Assembly (NCBI GenBank): GCA_965112155.1 | Contig: OZ218105.1 | Reading direction: 5' to 3' (one strand) | Length of the DNA stretch: 64,000 bases | From: Podarcis liolepis | Lineage: Eukaryota | In this document: in pieces, positions 1 to 12,600 of the stretch | Numbering within the stretch: position 1 is the first letter of the stretch | Layout of the letters: each line of letters starts with the position of its first letter | Program-made: the position numbers and the translations under genes | Notes under the pieces: generated by a model | What the model saw: only the letters and a program-made list of their open reading frames with translations | The model's database searches: none | What the model was told of the DNA's origin: nothing

Positions 1-488
1 TGATAGTTGGCCATATTGGCCACATCTAAAGATGGTTTTTTAAGAAGCGGTTTGATAACTGCCTCTTTCAGTGGGTCTGGGAAGGCTCCCTCACAGACAG
101 AAGCATTCACCACCCCGTGAAGCCCATTGCCCAGCCCTTCCCGGCTAGCTTTTATAAGCCAGGATGGGCAAGGATCAAGGAGACAGGTGGTTGGTTTCAC
201 TCGTCCAAGCAGCCTGTCCATATCCTCAGAGGTAACAGGTTGGAATTAATCCCACACAACTTGACTAGACAGGACTCTAGTACTCTCCCGTCCCGGCCCT
301 GCTCCCACGGTGAAGTCTATCTCTTCCCGAATCTGAGCGACTTTATCTGCAAAAAACTTTGCAAAATCATTGCAGGAGATCATGTGGCCTGTACTGGGCC
401 CCGATGTAGCAGGTTGTTCCGCTATATTGTGAACCACCTGAAAGAGTCTCCTGCTGCTGCTTTCCACAGATGCAATACAGGTGGGTGA
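1..488 (-). mobile_element. L2-clade LINE ORF2 fragment, degenerate, runs off the window start
   Basis: Minus-strand translations SSRRLFQVVHN...CNDFAKFFADKVAQIREEID (246-467) and PLLKKPSLDVANMANY (1-50) are typical of L2 ORF2 just upstream of the RT core. Confidence 0.8.
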
Positions 489-1561
489 AGAAGGTGTTCT
501 TCGTTGTTTGTTTGTTTTTTTGTAGTCGAATAATATCTTCTGGAGGGCACCAGGTTGGGAAAGGCTGACAGGGTTACTGTGTCAGAAACAGCTTTCAGTA
601 TGGAAGATACCACATGCATGAAATGGTTATTAAGAGATACATATAAAACCTGCCACAAATTAAGGATTTACATCCATGTTTTCAGAAAGCTAGAGCTTGT
701 CCTATATACCGGTAGTTGCTGGCACAGAAAAGACAGGTACTTCTCATTTTGAATTAAAAGTGTCTAGAACTGTCACATGAGCTGCTGTCAACATCTGCAA
801 GGCACTGGCAGCATCAAGTGCCATGCCATAAAAAGAATGCAACATTTTATTTTCCACCCACATAGATAATTATAAGAGGCAGTAGGTTTATTGAAAAAGA
901 AAACACAGGACAATTATAATTGGCAATATAGCACAGAGAGGGGCTAGCAGACAGTAACACACAGGTTGTATGTGCACACCCACTCTCTCTATTCATCATT
1001 GTCCTAGACTTAACTGTTGCTATGCAAAAAGGCTATTCTATAATTTCTGGGAATACAGAGTTCAGAAAACACTGGTACTGAAGTTTCTTTAAGGCAATAG
1101 ACAAGTAAATTAAATAAAAATAAAAATCCACAGTTCCACCCCCACATTCATGTTCAAAGTTCTTTGCATATATTATCAATTTAATCCTTTAATATGATGA
1201 GTATTATTAATATTTTAAAACTGGGAGAGGAAGGTTGAGGTTGAGAGGCTTGCCAAAAGCCAACAACCAGTTCATAGCTGGGCTCAGATTCAAAAGTGTG
1301 ATGAACCAAATTTGGGATGTCAGTCATAACCACTAGTTTAACTCTTGTTCTACAAATAGAACAAAACAAACTATCAACATTATGCACCATATTAAAACAA
1401 TCTAAGCTGAAGGTTAAACTCAGTAAAATATTTAATGAACGACTACTTTCTTGTGTTTGCTTTCCATCCTCTCTGTGTTCAAATGTAAAATGCACAAAGC
1501 TGACAACAAATGACAAAAAAAATCTGCTTTTATGGGCAAAAGACCGATAGCTATGACTCAC

Positions 1562-1881
1562 CTAGTTTTGCTTTGCAATGCAGTGCAAAACCTCACGGGG
1601 GGGGGGGGGAGGGAGGGAGCCAGAGATTAGTGGGAGAGATATAAAGTGAAAGCAAAGTAGTGAAAGTCCATAGCTTGTGCTCACTTGAGGCAAATCTCCT
1701 GTTACCCAGACGCATGGTGGCGAAGTGCCAGCTGGACAACTGGTGACCTAATGCACATTTATGGGCTATCAGCAGTCAAAACAAACCAAGGGAACATCCT
1801 CAAAGAACCTCTCCTGCAGAAACCCACTGAAACCATCGTCATCATGTGCAAGGTCCCATGCATTTGAGTGGGATTTGAACA
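1562..1881 (-). other. Candidate non-coding or alternative exon of the minus-strand host gene
   Basis: Consensus donor CTAG|GTGAGT at 1562/1561. Possible acceptor GACTTACAG| near 1881. Kozak-perfect GCCACCATG with A at 1715. No recognisable repeat in the segment. Confidence 0.35.
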
Positions 1882-2173
1882 CTGTAAGTCACAGTGCACT
1901 CTGAGACTACATCGAGATAGAGCTCTCTTTGACTGCTCTTTTAATAAACCTTCGCAATCAGCATAGTTTTGAATAAGTTTGGATCGGTCACCACACAAAT
2001 CCCAAATGAAAAAACAGGACAATACAAGATGAATCAAATTTAGGAAATGGTTTTTTCCTGAACAGCTCCCCCGCCCCACCAAAAAAACAAAAACCAAAAA
2101 ACCCACCCAAGCTTGTCAGATATATCACTGCAGCAATATATACCTCTTTCACTACATTCAGGGCAAGGTCCTT

Positions 2174-2175
<2 letters not shown>

Positions 2176-2208
<33 letters not shown>
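2176..2208. repeat. (CA)n microsatellite
   Basis: Directly visible. Confidence 0.95.
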
Positions 2209-2209
<1 letters not shown>

Positions 2210-2842
2210 GCTTGATCTCACTGTTTGGCCTTTGGGAACAATGAGTGTGCAGAGATGGATTCACTGCACTATAGTGGATGTTTTCGAAAGGCTACTTAAA
2301 AAATTCAAAGGATCAAACAAAGAATTCACCCAAACAATGTAAGGTGACAGATAGACAATGGAGCATATTAATCTGAATTCCTTTCCCTATGCATAAATCG
2401 GCAGGCAGTTATTGCACCGATCACATTAAAGCATACATCCTGACATTATTCCTTGTTATCTGATCATTACTTAGAAATATCTCCGTCTTCATGAAAGGCA
2501 AAAGTCATATATGCTCTAATTCAAATATTCAGCCACCCCCTTCAAATAAACACCAACACTGCTCTTAGAATAACAAAAAAGGTACATGCCACGCTCCAGA
2601 TTTCATATGAGAGCTATTTCTCCATGCAGTATACATTACACTTCTCTGCTAAATTCTTAGTATAATGATGTGTTTTATAATGTGATGACCATCTCGCTGG
2701 AGTACACACAATATTAATGAAAGCAAGATCAAATTAAACAGATGACATGATTAACTGTATTCATTTCATGCATGGATGTGTTTTATGGGGGGGAGATAAA
2801 GACCTGAAAGTAATTACCATTAACTGAAACTCCTTCACTAAC

Positions 2843-3150
2843 CTCTGCTTGCAGCCAGCAGTTGTTAAATGCTGATGGGTTTATAACAAAGAGCAATGCC
2901 TCTATCGTCTGTAGGCTTTTCTTTTATTCTACACAGAAGAGGCAGACTTCCTCCACCGTTGCATGAACACTGTACCTCTGTATCTATGTCTCTAATGCAG
3001 CATAAAGATTACTGTGGAAACCTATCAAATTGGCAAGCAGCAAACGCCAGCAGCCAATCGGAGAAAGGCGCATGCAGAATCTAGCACATGCTCTCTGAGA
3101 CTTGGATACTGTCACTGCTGTTTAGCAGGCTGTTAATCTAATTATAGCAG
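2843..3150 (-). promoter_or_regulatory. Candidate alternative promoter / first exon (minus strand)
   Basis: CCAAT box (AGCCAATCGG ~3052-3061), NRF1-like GGCGCATGCA (~3067), retained CpGs, donor GCAGAG|GTTAGT at 2843/2842, and no recognisable repeat. Confidence 0.4.
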
Positions 3151-5050
3151 TTTGCTAGCACAGTACTATGAAAAACGGCACATGATCAAGAAAATACCCC
3201 CCCCCCCAAAGGCAGGTATTCTAGGAATGTCTAATTGTATGTGTATGAGTGTGTGTGTACATGTGCTATTTCTTTAAATGCAAAAAATCAAATCCACACA
3301 TTCAGCTTATTTCAATACTCCCTCATGAGATCTGAAACCACGAAGCAGCATTCATCAATTTCAAAGCCAGTTTCCTTCATAAGTTATGCTACAATATCGT
3401 GTTTCATTTTTTATATGCAAAATCGTTGCATTTGCATGAAATACGATCATTTTCCTTGACATATCACAGACTGGCAGTAGAGAAGGATGAGTAATTCCAA
3501 TTCTGGTTTATTGTGCTAGTGTAATGAGGATGCATATAAACGTTTGGCACATGGCTTCTCAAAGCAAAGTTATAGTGGAGCTGCTGAAACTTGTAAAGAA
3601 TATGCTTGAGTATTTTGCTGAATTGTGACTCTATATCTGTGTTTCCAAAAACAATTCAGGGGTCTACATACCCTCACCAGTTCCCCAGAAGCAAATGTTC
3701 CTCTCTATCAGTGAGCATCCCTACCCAGTACAAAGATTCCTTTCCATGCATTATCTGCACTTGGCAGGGACCTCTGGAAGAAAGAAGCATTCTGTGTTGG
3801 GCACAACAGACCAGCTCTGTCCTCTTCCAAGTTTTTTGTTGCATGCAAAGAACCTTATTTTGTGTGCAGTAGGTACGTACAGGATACTAGGATCGGCAGA
3901 GGATGCCCATTAATCATTTTCTTGATGGCATATTGAGAGGAACAAGTGTAAGATGTGCAACAATATCAAGTCTCAGCAGCCAGGAGAACCAGGAAAGTTG
4001 GCAGTGGATCTGGGCCACTGCTCCTCTTGTTCCTCCACACCAGGCCTGTTAATCACTTACATTCAGGTGGTGTCATGTAGTGAGAAAGGAGTGGGGTAGT
4101 TAGCCTGGCAGGCAGGTATGTGGCTGGGGTTTAGGTTACTTGATTTGGGGAGCATGACAAGACAAGTCACACCCCATTACAACAATGTGAAATGACATGA
4201 ATTATCTGCCCCATCCTCTACAGTAATTGCATACGCCAAGCAACCTATAGAGTAAAGTGGACAGTAGCTATGATGGCGAGCACAAATAATGACTAGCCAA
4301 GATAAAATTTATAGAATCCTGATTTAGGGTGGTCAAATAGCTAAAGCAGGGCAAAATAATAATGCTTATTTCAACGACCTACAATTAAGGGAAAGCCAGC
4401 AAAACAAATCAATGCTAGAGGCAGGGCTTGAAGCTAGCCTCCCAGTTCTCATTTTCTTTCCCTCTCTTGACCCAATCTGGTTGGTAGTGAAAATTACCAT
4501 CTGAATTATGAATACACTAATTCAACCCAGGAAGAAAAACTTTAAACTGTTTACGCAGCTATATATTATATATTGCGAAGTATTTTTAAACTTTGCTAAA
4601 AATGCATGTGCTTAAACTCTCTGAATGAAACATAGACATCAACCGTATCTGTCCCAATTTACTCCAGTAGTACTTAAGCACACTTAAAAAACCCAACAAC
4701 CACCAGATTGAACTTGTTAGGTCCATAACTGTATTTTATTTGACACCCACATTCTCTAATGATTCTCAAATTATGAAGATGCTAGCATAGAGCATCTATG
4801 CTATTTAGGCTAGTCCTTCCTTCTGTAAATGAGACACAATCAAGCCCTTCCCAACAAATCTTTTTGTATACATAATCAGTGGAAACCACCAGTAATTGTT
4901 AGGGTGAAAGCAGACCTTTGTGGACTTTTGTTTTTACACAAAAACATTTCTGAATTCCTTGAATATGGCAATAAATGTGAAGTTAAATTACCGGTCGTTC
5001 ACTGACAAGCCACTATTTGACAAACTCTAGTATCCTGCCATCAACATGTA

Positions 5051-5309
5051 CCGTATTTTTCGCTCTATAAGACGCACCAGACCACAAGATGCACCTAGTT
5101 TTTGGAGGAGGAAAACAAGAAAAAAAATATTCTGAATCTCAGAAGCCAGAACAGCAAGAGGGATCGCGGCGCAGTGAAAGCAGAAATCCCTCTTGCTATT
5201 CTGGCTTCTGGGATAGCTGCGCAGCCTGCATTCGCTCCATAAGATGCACACACATTTCCCCTTACTTTTTAGGAGGGAAAAAGTGAGTCTTATAGAGCAA
5301 AAAATACGG
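5051..5309 (-). mobile_element. pogo/Tc1-mariner MITE, internal-deletion derivative of the element family at 27139-29899
   Basis: TIRs CCGTATTTTT...AAAAATACGG and TA TSD. Both ends match the ends of the 27.1-29.9 kb transposon in reverse orientation. Confidence 0.85.
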
Positions 5310-5402
5310 TACATCCATCGTTGCACATTATATGAATTGAGGAAAGGCCCTTTATCCCGCTCTGAAGATTTAGCATAATGGCCCAGATTTATTTAATAAG
5401 TA

Positions 5403-5625
5403 CAGTGGTACCTCGGGTTACATACACTTCAGGTTACATATGCTTCAGGTTACAGACTCTGCTAACCCAGAAATAGTGCTTCAGGTTAAGAACTTTGCTT
5501 CAGGATAAGAACAGAAATCGTGCTCTGGCGGCGTGGCGGCAGCAGGAGGCCCATTAGCTAAAGTGGTCTTCAGGTTAAGAACAGACCTCCTGAACGAATT
5601 AAGTACTTAACCCGAGGTACCACTG
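5403..5625 (+). mobile_element. Tc1/mariner (Tigger-like) MITE, family A
   Basis: TIR CAGTGGTACCTCGGGTTA...TAACCCGAGGTACCACTG, TA TSD, internal TTCAGGTTA repeats. Several copies in the window. Confidence 0.9.
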
Positions 5626-6420
5626 TAGCCATGAATTTAACATCCAGATGTTATGTGTGCTAAATTCATGTCAACCTGAAATTCATGTCAACCTATGGAC
5701 ACTTACTGTGGGAGTAAATTCCACTCAACTCAAATGAGTATACTTGTCAAAAGACATCTGTAGGACTGTACTGCATATTTCTTTTCTAATTTCTTATTAT
5801 TAATAATGCAAGTTATGAGATACTTTCCTTCTGTATTGGATTATGACTTTTATCTTTCTGTTGCATCAGACATACCATGGCAGCATAAATTAAGCTTGCA
5901 ATTCCTGTGCAAAAACCAACATAATTAAAGCTTTTCCCACATTAATCCAAATTAGTTGATAAAAAGTGTTATTGATATATCTGCAAATTATTTTACTGAA
6001 CTGGTGAAGAAGAAGAAAATTTAACATGCAAGGCTTACATGCTGCTCAAACATTCAAATTCAATAAACAAATCTCCCAAACTGAGCATGCCTAGGAATTT
6101 AATTGGAATGTAAAAAGATGGAATGTCTCACTGCCCACGTTCACATTTTGCAGAAAACTTTAACAAGTTTAAAATGAAAGGAGAGCAAAAATGTGCATCT
6201 TGATTGCCTTGAGAAAATGCCAGTAATGAAAACACTGCCAACATATCTAGTCTCCATTCATAAATTTATTCCCCATTCTATAAATTAATGAAAACTCTTA
6301 CTGTATTTTTCTAGACTAAAAAATGGCTTGTAATACCTTAAAACTAAGGTGCTGCAAGCTTTTGTTGCTTTTTCTAGCACAGATTAATACAATTACTCTT
6401 CCAGAATTTAAGATTCCCAA

Positions 6421-6507
6421 ACTGTTCCTACAAAGATTTACTCAGAGGTAAGAGCCAATAAGTTCAGCAAAGCTGACTCCCAACTAAGCATCCATAGGAT
6501 TGCAGCC
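6421..6507. mobile_element. Old ~90-bp palindromic MITE (GGCTGCAATCCT-type ends)
   Basis: Imperfect hairpin ending TAGGATTGCAGCC. Related copies at ~5690, 16815, 39230, 46912, 47057, 49512, 55313 and 60525. Confidence 0.55.
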
Positions 6508-9257
6508 TAAGAGAGTTTCACTTCCTAAAAAAACTGAGAAGAGCATTTGCAGTCCCCTTCTATCTCTGAGGCAAGCAGGAAGCTGCATAAGAAACGTGGA
6601 CAAGATATTAAGGGCTTGCTTGCAAACAAAAAATAAACAAGTGGGATTAACTGCTGAAGTTATATTATGTGCTGGGGCGGCGGCTGTTCATTGGGACTGC
6701 TAGGGTGGAAGGCAGGGAGGAAAGGAGCAGGCGGAGCCAGAGACAATGACATGCAGAGCCACCCACAATTGCTTGGAAGATTGCAGACTGACTGAAAATG
6801 GCAGAGGTTGGTCATCCTCAGTAAGTGCCCCAGTTACCCAAGAAACCGGCCTCTCCTGCTTTATCAGTGTTGCACAACTAGAACAGTAAGCATTAAGCTC
6901 TTCTGGATTTCAGAATGCTACTTTGCATTAAGAGAGAAGTACTACTTATGGATTTTATCCCTTATGTTAAATAGCACCCTGCACCCCTTTCTAAGATATC
7001 TAAACATATGCCACAAGGGCATTTTGGAATCTTGTTAGCACTCTCTTCAGCAACTTTTGCAATTTCTACCTCCGGCAAATCTTTGGATTGCTATGCCATA
7101 GGAAGTCAAGCTAGGATGAGTATTCCTAGTGCAGAATGAGCTCTTGGTTCTGACACACCTACATCACAATAAACAGAAGGGTGAAAGCTTCCAGGAAGTA
7201 GAAGCAAGAGCAGCACTCCCATAAGCCTGTAGTGAAGGCAAGGGAACAGAATGCCATTTTCAAAAGGACAAATAATCTCCTTCCTTTCTCATTAGACACT
7301 CATATACACTGTTAGAATATACTTGTTAGAAGGCCATGGAATTCACTTGGTAGAATCTTTTGTGTATAAAAGGAAAAAAGTTGCATGTTTTGTCTCTTTT
7401 GCCACACACTACAAAGAAACACAACCTGGTAGAGCTACACAGACAAGGGTTCCCTTTGGGTCTCTCTGGGATTATGCCAATGGAACAAAACCAGCCTCCC
7501 TTGCCACAGTAGTTGTGGCTAACAGTAATAGGCATGTGACAGATTTATTTCCCAGCTGCAGTCCACCGACTGAGTTAATCTCTCCATACCCAAACCCTTA
7601 ATTCTACTTCATTTTACCTTTTTTCTTCATGTTTAACAAGTTTCCCTTTTTGAAAGTGTGTTGGACTATGAAAGACTTTTGGGGCAATGTTACGCTCATA
7701 TGCATGCTGAATTTCACCGCACCGTGGCAATTGTTCCAGACTATCATACAAGTTCCTGGGCAATATGGAGGATAGTCATATCCTGCTACCTGCAATAGTT
7801 TAAAACATGCTCCATCCATTCTTGCAAATCAGTACAATCACAGCATGGTACCTTTACATATGTGAGTTGTCTGAAACTATTTGGAGGAACATGCAGCAGG
7901 CTAGCAATCTTGAGCTACCTGAATACAAACTGGGACTGAGCAAACAAAATGTACTGGTTTAAGTATTTTATTATAAGCAGTAAACATCTCAGTTCATCCT
8001 ATTTCCCTTAAATCCAATTAGCCCATTTAAACAATGCAACCTATTTAGTTCTTTCCAAACTCATGCACATAATAATAATAATAACATCACCATCATTATT
8101 GAAATGCACTCCATACAATTCTGGAAAGCAGCCCTTATGTGCCTTTCAGTCAAGTCATCAATCATCTGGAAATCGAAGTAGCTGAAACCTGGAGCATTTT
8201 TCTTGCTATTTAAATTTATGATAAATACGGTCATATGCATGTTAAGGTATTTGCTCTCATACTTTAGAATGCCAGCCTAACAAAGATGCAAAATGGGAAG
8301 ATAATTGGCCCTCTGATTTATTTCATAAGGAATAAAACCTTATTAGTTCAAGTTACATATTTATTAGAAAGTCACTATGAGAAATTCCAAGGAACCCTAG
8401 CTATGACTGTTTTCAAATATATAAATCGATCCATTTCCCAAAATGGAGTTGGTGGTAGTTTGTAACTGCCAACTGTACCTCTAGCAATGTAGATAGGTTT
8501 TATGGTTAAGTACATTTAATTTACATAGTCTTCAAGGCAGTCAGATGGAAAAAGAGCATTGATTTCTTGACTGAACCCTTTGCAGCCTGTGGCTACATTT
8601 GCCAATGAGCTGCTTTAAAAACAAAACAAAACAAAACAAACAAACAAACAAACAAAAAACCACCCCACTCATAAGTGCATTCACTCATAACTGCAACAAA
8701 GACATAGTAATCTAGGTCACAAATACTAAGCTTGTTATTTTCACATCAGAAAAAATTCTGCAAATCTTTCAGCATTACATAAAATTGCCCATGATGCTGC
8801 TTCCTCCCCAAAACCAGCAAACTGCTGGGCATTTCTCTACTTTAAAACTGCATTGTTGTTTTTCTTTATAAGAAGAGCGAGAAAGCAACAGAATACCAGG
8901 CCCTAAATGTAGATGGTGGTTGGTACTGAATTCAGATTTCATTTTTATAAAGTTTTTTCTCCTTTAATACCATATGTTTAAATCAGTTTTTAAGCTTTTA
9001 AATTATGAGATCTGATTCTGAAGCAATTATATCCAGCTTGTTGTTCCAAACAGAATATTATGACTTGATGTGGCCAGTTCCTTGTTTATTATGTACCCAA
9101 ATCCAGCTTTTAATGGGCTGGATCCAAAGAGCCCATTCTTCCATGAGAGGAAGACTCCTTCTTTTGGGAGGAACAGAACCTTCGGCTACAACCCAACATT
9201 TTATAAGTTTTAAATCAAAACAGAATATTGATTTTAACAGCAGTCCATGACATGGTA

Positions 9258-9565
9258 TGTCAGTGTTTGTAAAAAGCAAAAAAAGAAGGAAAGGGTTCTG
9301 ACCTCCCTTTGTCTCCTCAGCCTGGTCCTCGGACCCTTGTCGGCATAAGAGTCCACGAGAAAAGTCCTTGCAGAGTTTTATTCTTAAAAGTCTTTGTGCA
9401 AAAGCAACTGAACAACTATACACACCAACACTAACCAACCAACCCAAACACCAGCAACCAAACTAACATTTCTCACTCTATATATACAACTTGGTGCAGG
9501 CTGCTGAGTCATGCTGACCCAGCTTTATTCGCATTAAAGAAACAGTGGCCATTTTAGCCGTGACA
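9258..9565 (-). repeat. 3' LTR of the copia element
   Basis: Identical to 13821-14128 except for two CpG transitions. On the minus strand it has TATATATA (9479-9486) and AATAAA (9377-9382); AP-1 site TGAGTCA at 9505-9511. Confidence 0.95.
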
Positions 9566-9580
9566 CCCCTTCTGTTTCTT
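9566..9580 (-). other. Polypurine tract of the copia element
   Basis: Minus-strand AAGAAACAGAAGGGG directly abuts the 3' LTR. Confidence 0.8.
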
Positions 9581-9632
9581 AAATGCGAAAAACCCCAACA
9601 GAAACAATACATACATACAATACATACATACA

Positions 9633-12600
9633 CTATATACATAAACCCAGTTTTGTCATCAATTCATTATGGCATGTTGCTGGCAAAGGCTTGGTAAACA
9701 AATCAGCAATATTATCTTGTGATTGACAATACTCCAGTTTGATTACCCCATTCTGTACACAATCTCTCACATTCGCATGATGGATAGCAATATGTTTTGA
9801 TGTGGATTTCATTATTTCCGAGCCTGCGAATGCAATGCACGATTAGCTATCTTCATACACTTGGATAGGCAAATCAACTTTACAATCTAGACCTTTTAGT
9901 ATCTGTATAAACCACATGATTTCATTGCATGCTAGCGACAGGCTCCCATATTCTGCCTCACAGGATGAGGTCGCAACAAATCCTTGTTTCTTTGACCTCC
10001 ATCCAATTATGGAATTGGCAAACATCATAACCATTCCACTTGTAGATTTCCTGGTAGCTACACAGCTTCCCCAGTCCGCATCAACAAATACTTCTAGTTT
10101 TTCGTCTTGTGTACTAGATATCTTTAAACATACATTTAATGTCCCTTTTAGATATCTGATAAGCCTTTTCAAAGTACACCAATGAGCAGTACTGGGTTTA
10201 GATACACGTTGGCTCAGAACATTTGTAGCACATGCAATGTCTGGCTTTGACCACTGGCTTAAATACAACAGTGATCCTATTTTTGAGTGATACAACTCAG
10301 GCTGATCAAATTCATCATCACACATTGTCTTTGGGAAATCTGGTGTCATGGGAGTCTGAACTGGCTTGCAGTTTTCCATGCCAATCTGCTCTATCAAATG
10401 AAGAATTTTCTCTTTCTGGCTCAATAGGAAGCTTCCATCTGCTTCCTGCCTTACTTCTACTCCCAAGTAATTGCTTACAGGCCCTAAGGCTTTAAGCTTA
10501 AACCTCTTTTCTAGTTGACTTGTGAGCTTCTGGATCTCATCTGTGGAACTCCCTGCCACAAGCAAATCATCAACAAAGACTAAGAGCATTAAATATTTGT
10601 TGCCTTGGTGTACAGGCATGGATCAGCCATACTCCTTTTAAAACCAAGTTTTACAAGGGCTTCATTTAAACACTGGTTCCAACACCTTCCACTTTGTTTG
10701 AGATCATAAACAGCCTTTTTCAAATGCCAGACTGCACCATTCTCCTCTTCAAACCCAGGGGGTTGTCTCATTAACACTTCATGGTCTAAATTTGCATGCA
10801 GATATGCAGCATCAACATCAAAATCGTGCACTGCTAGTTGTCTTACAGCAGCAATGGAAAGCATTAAACGAAAAGTTTCACTCTTTACAGTGGGAGAAAA
10901 CACTTCATCATAACTCTCCCCTTTAATCTGAGTGAACCCTCTGGCTACTAATCTGGCTTGAAAACGTGGTTCCCCAGATGCAAGGGTTTTTCTTTTGTAA
11001 ACCCACTTGCATGACACCATTCTGCCACCAGGTGGCGGCATTATAACCTCAAACACTTTGGTACGTTTAAAAGAGTCCATTTCTTCTTTCATAGCTTGTT
11101 CCCACAAAGCACGTTCTCCAGGGGGTAAGTCTAAGACTTCATTATAACTTTGTGGTTCCACACAACTCACATTACATACTCTCACTCCTCCAAGGGTCAA
11201 ACGCTGAGGAGGTACACCCTTGTTTGAACGCTGGGAGCGCCTAGGCACAACTACTTCTTCTTCCCCCCTTATCTCTGGCTCTTCTTCCTCTTCCTCTAGA
11301 GAAGTATTATCTTTTGCCACATCTTTTGGGGAAATCTGTGCCTCCTCCTCATCCTGCTCCTGCGTTGCCAATGGCTGAGAACATGCCTCTTCTCTTACTT
11401 GCAGGGGCAGTAGGCAATCTGGGTTGGCATGGACCGCAGTCCATCTGTCCTGGTCAGCGAAGTCTGCACTTCGTGACAGAACCACGCGTCCTGGGCGTAA
11501 ATTGAAACGCCACCCTTTGCCATAGGACTGATATCCCACAAACCACAGTTTCTGCGCTCTAGCGCCCCCTTTCTGGCGCTGAGCTTTGGGGATATTTACA
11601 TGTGCCCAAGCACCCCAGTTATGGAGCATTGTCCACTCTGGTTCTTTCCCAAACAACACACGATAAGGAATATCTTTTATAGAGCTAGACCAGGTTCTAT
11701 TAATCAAAAAGTTAGCTGTCAGAAAAGCCTCTCCCCACAGCCTATGGTTGTGACCCAATCCTGCATCCACTAGCAGGCAGTCCTTTACTGACTGTATTAC
11801 AGCCCCACGTCTTTCACACAGACCATTTTCAGCAGGGCTATAAGGGTTAGTCAAGCGATGAGTGATCCCCTTACGTTGCAACCATGTCCCAAATTGTTTG
11901 TTCAGAAATTCTCCACCCCTATCTGTTTGCAACTGTACAACACGGCGAGCGAAGAGCCTTTCAGCTTGGGCAACCCATTCTGTGAATGTGGGGAAACACT
12001 CAGATTTCTGCTTTAACAAAAACAACCAACTAAAACGTGATTTATCATCTATTACCAGAAAAGCATATCTGGCGCCCCCTTCAGTCTTCTGTGGGAAAGG
12101 GCCTATCACGTCACAATGGACAAGTTCTAAAACCTCTTTAGATACTCTGTCGCTTTTAGAAGCCACAGGCTTCCTCTTAGATTTGGCCATTTTACATACC
12201 TTGCAATCTAGGAAACAGTTACAGCTATTTACTTTTAGGTTCTTGCACACCTTTTGCATCTCTGAAAGCACACGGAAATTGGCGTGACCCAGTTTTCTGT
12301 GCAGTTCATGTACACACCCCTTATGAACTGGCAAATTATCCTGAACCACCTGAGCTGCTTTAACAGGCTTGTCCTGCATTACATATAACCCATTTTCCAA
12401 CTTTGCATGGCCACATACCTGAGTTCCATTCTTTATCAGACAGCCATCCGGTGTGAAGTTAACACTATTCCCTGCATTAATCAAACAGCTTACAGACAGC
12501 AAACAATAGTCCAAACTGCTGACAAACAGAGTCTCTGGTAGAGTAGTGTTCAAGCACTGCAGGAAACATGTTCCCTGGCCATCAATCTTGCTTCTACGAC

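Noticed and set aside
9058-9447. ORF MGWLVSVGV... appearing twice (also 13798-14010)
   Set aside because: It is the LTR sequence translated twice; there is no evidence of a real protein.
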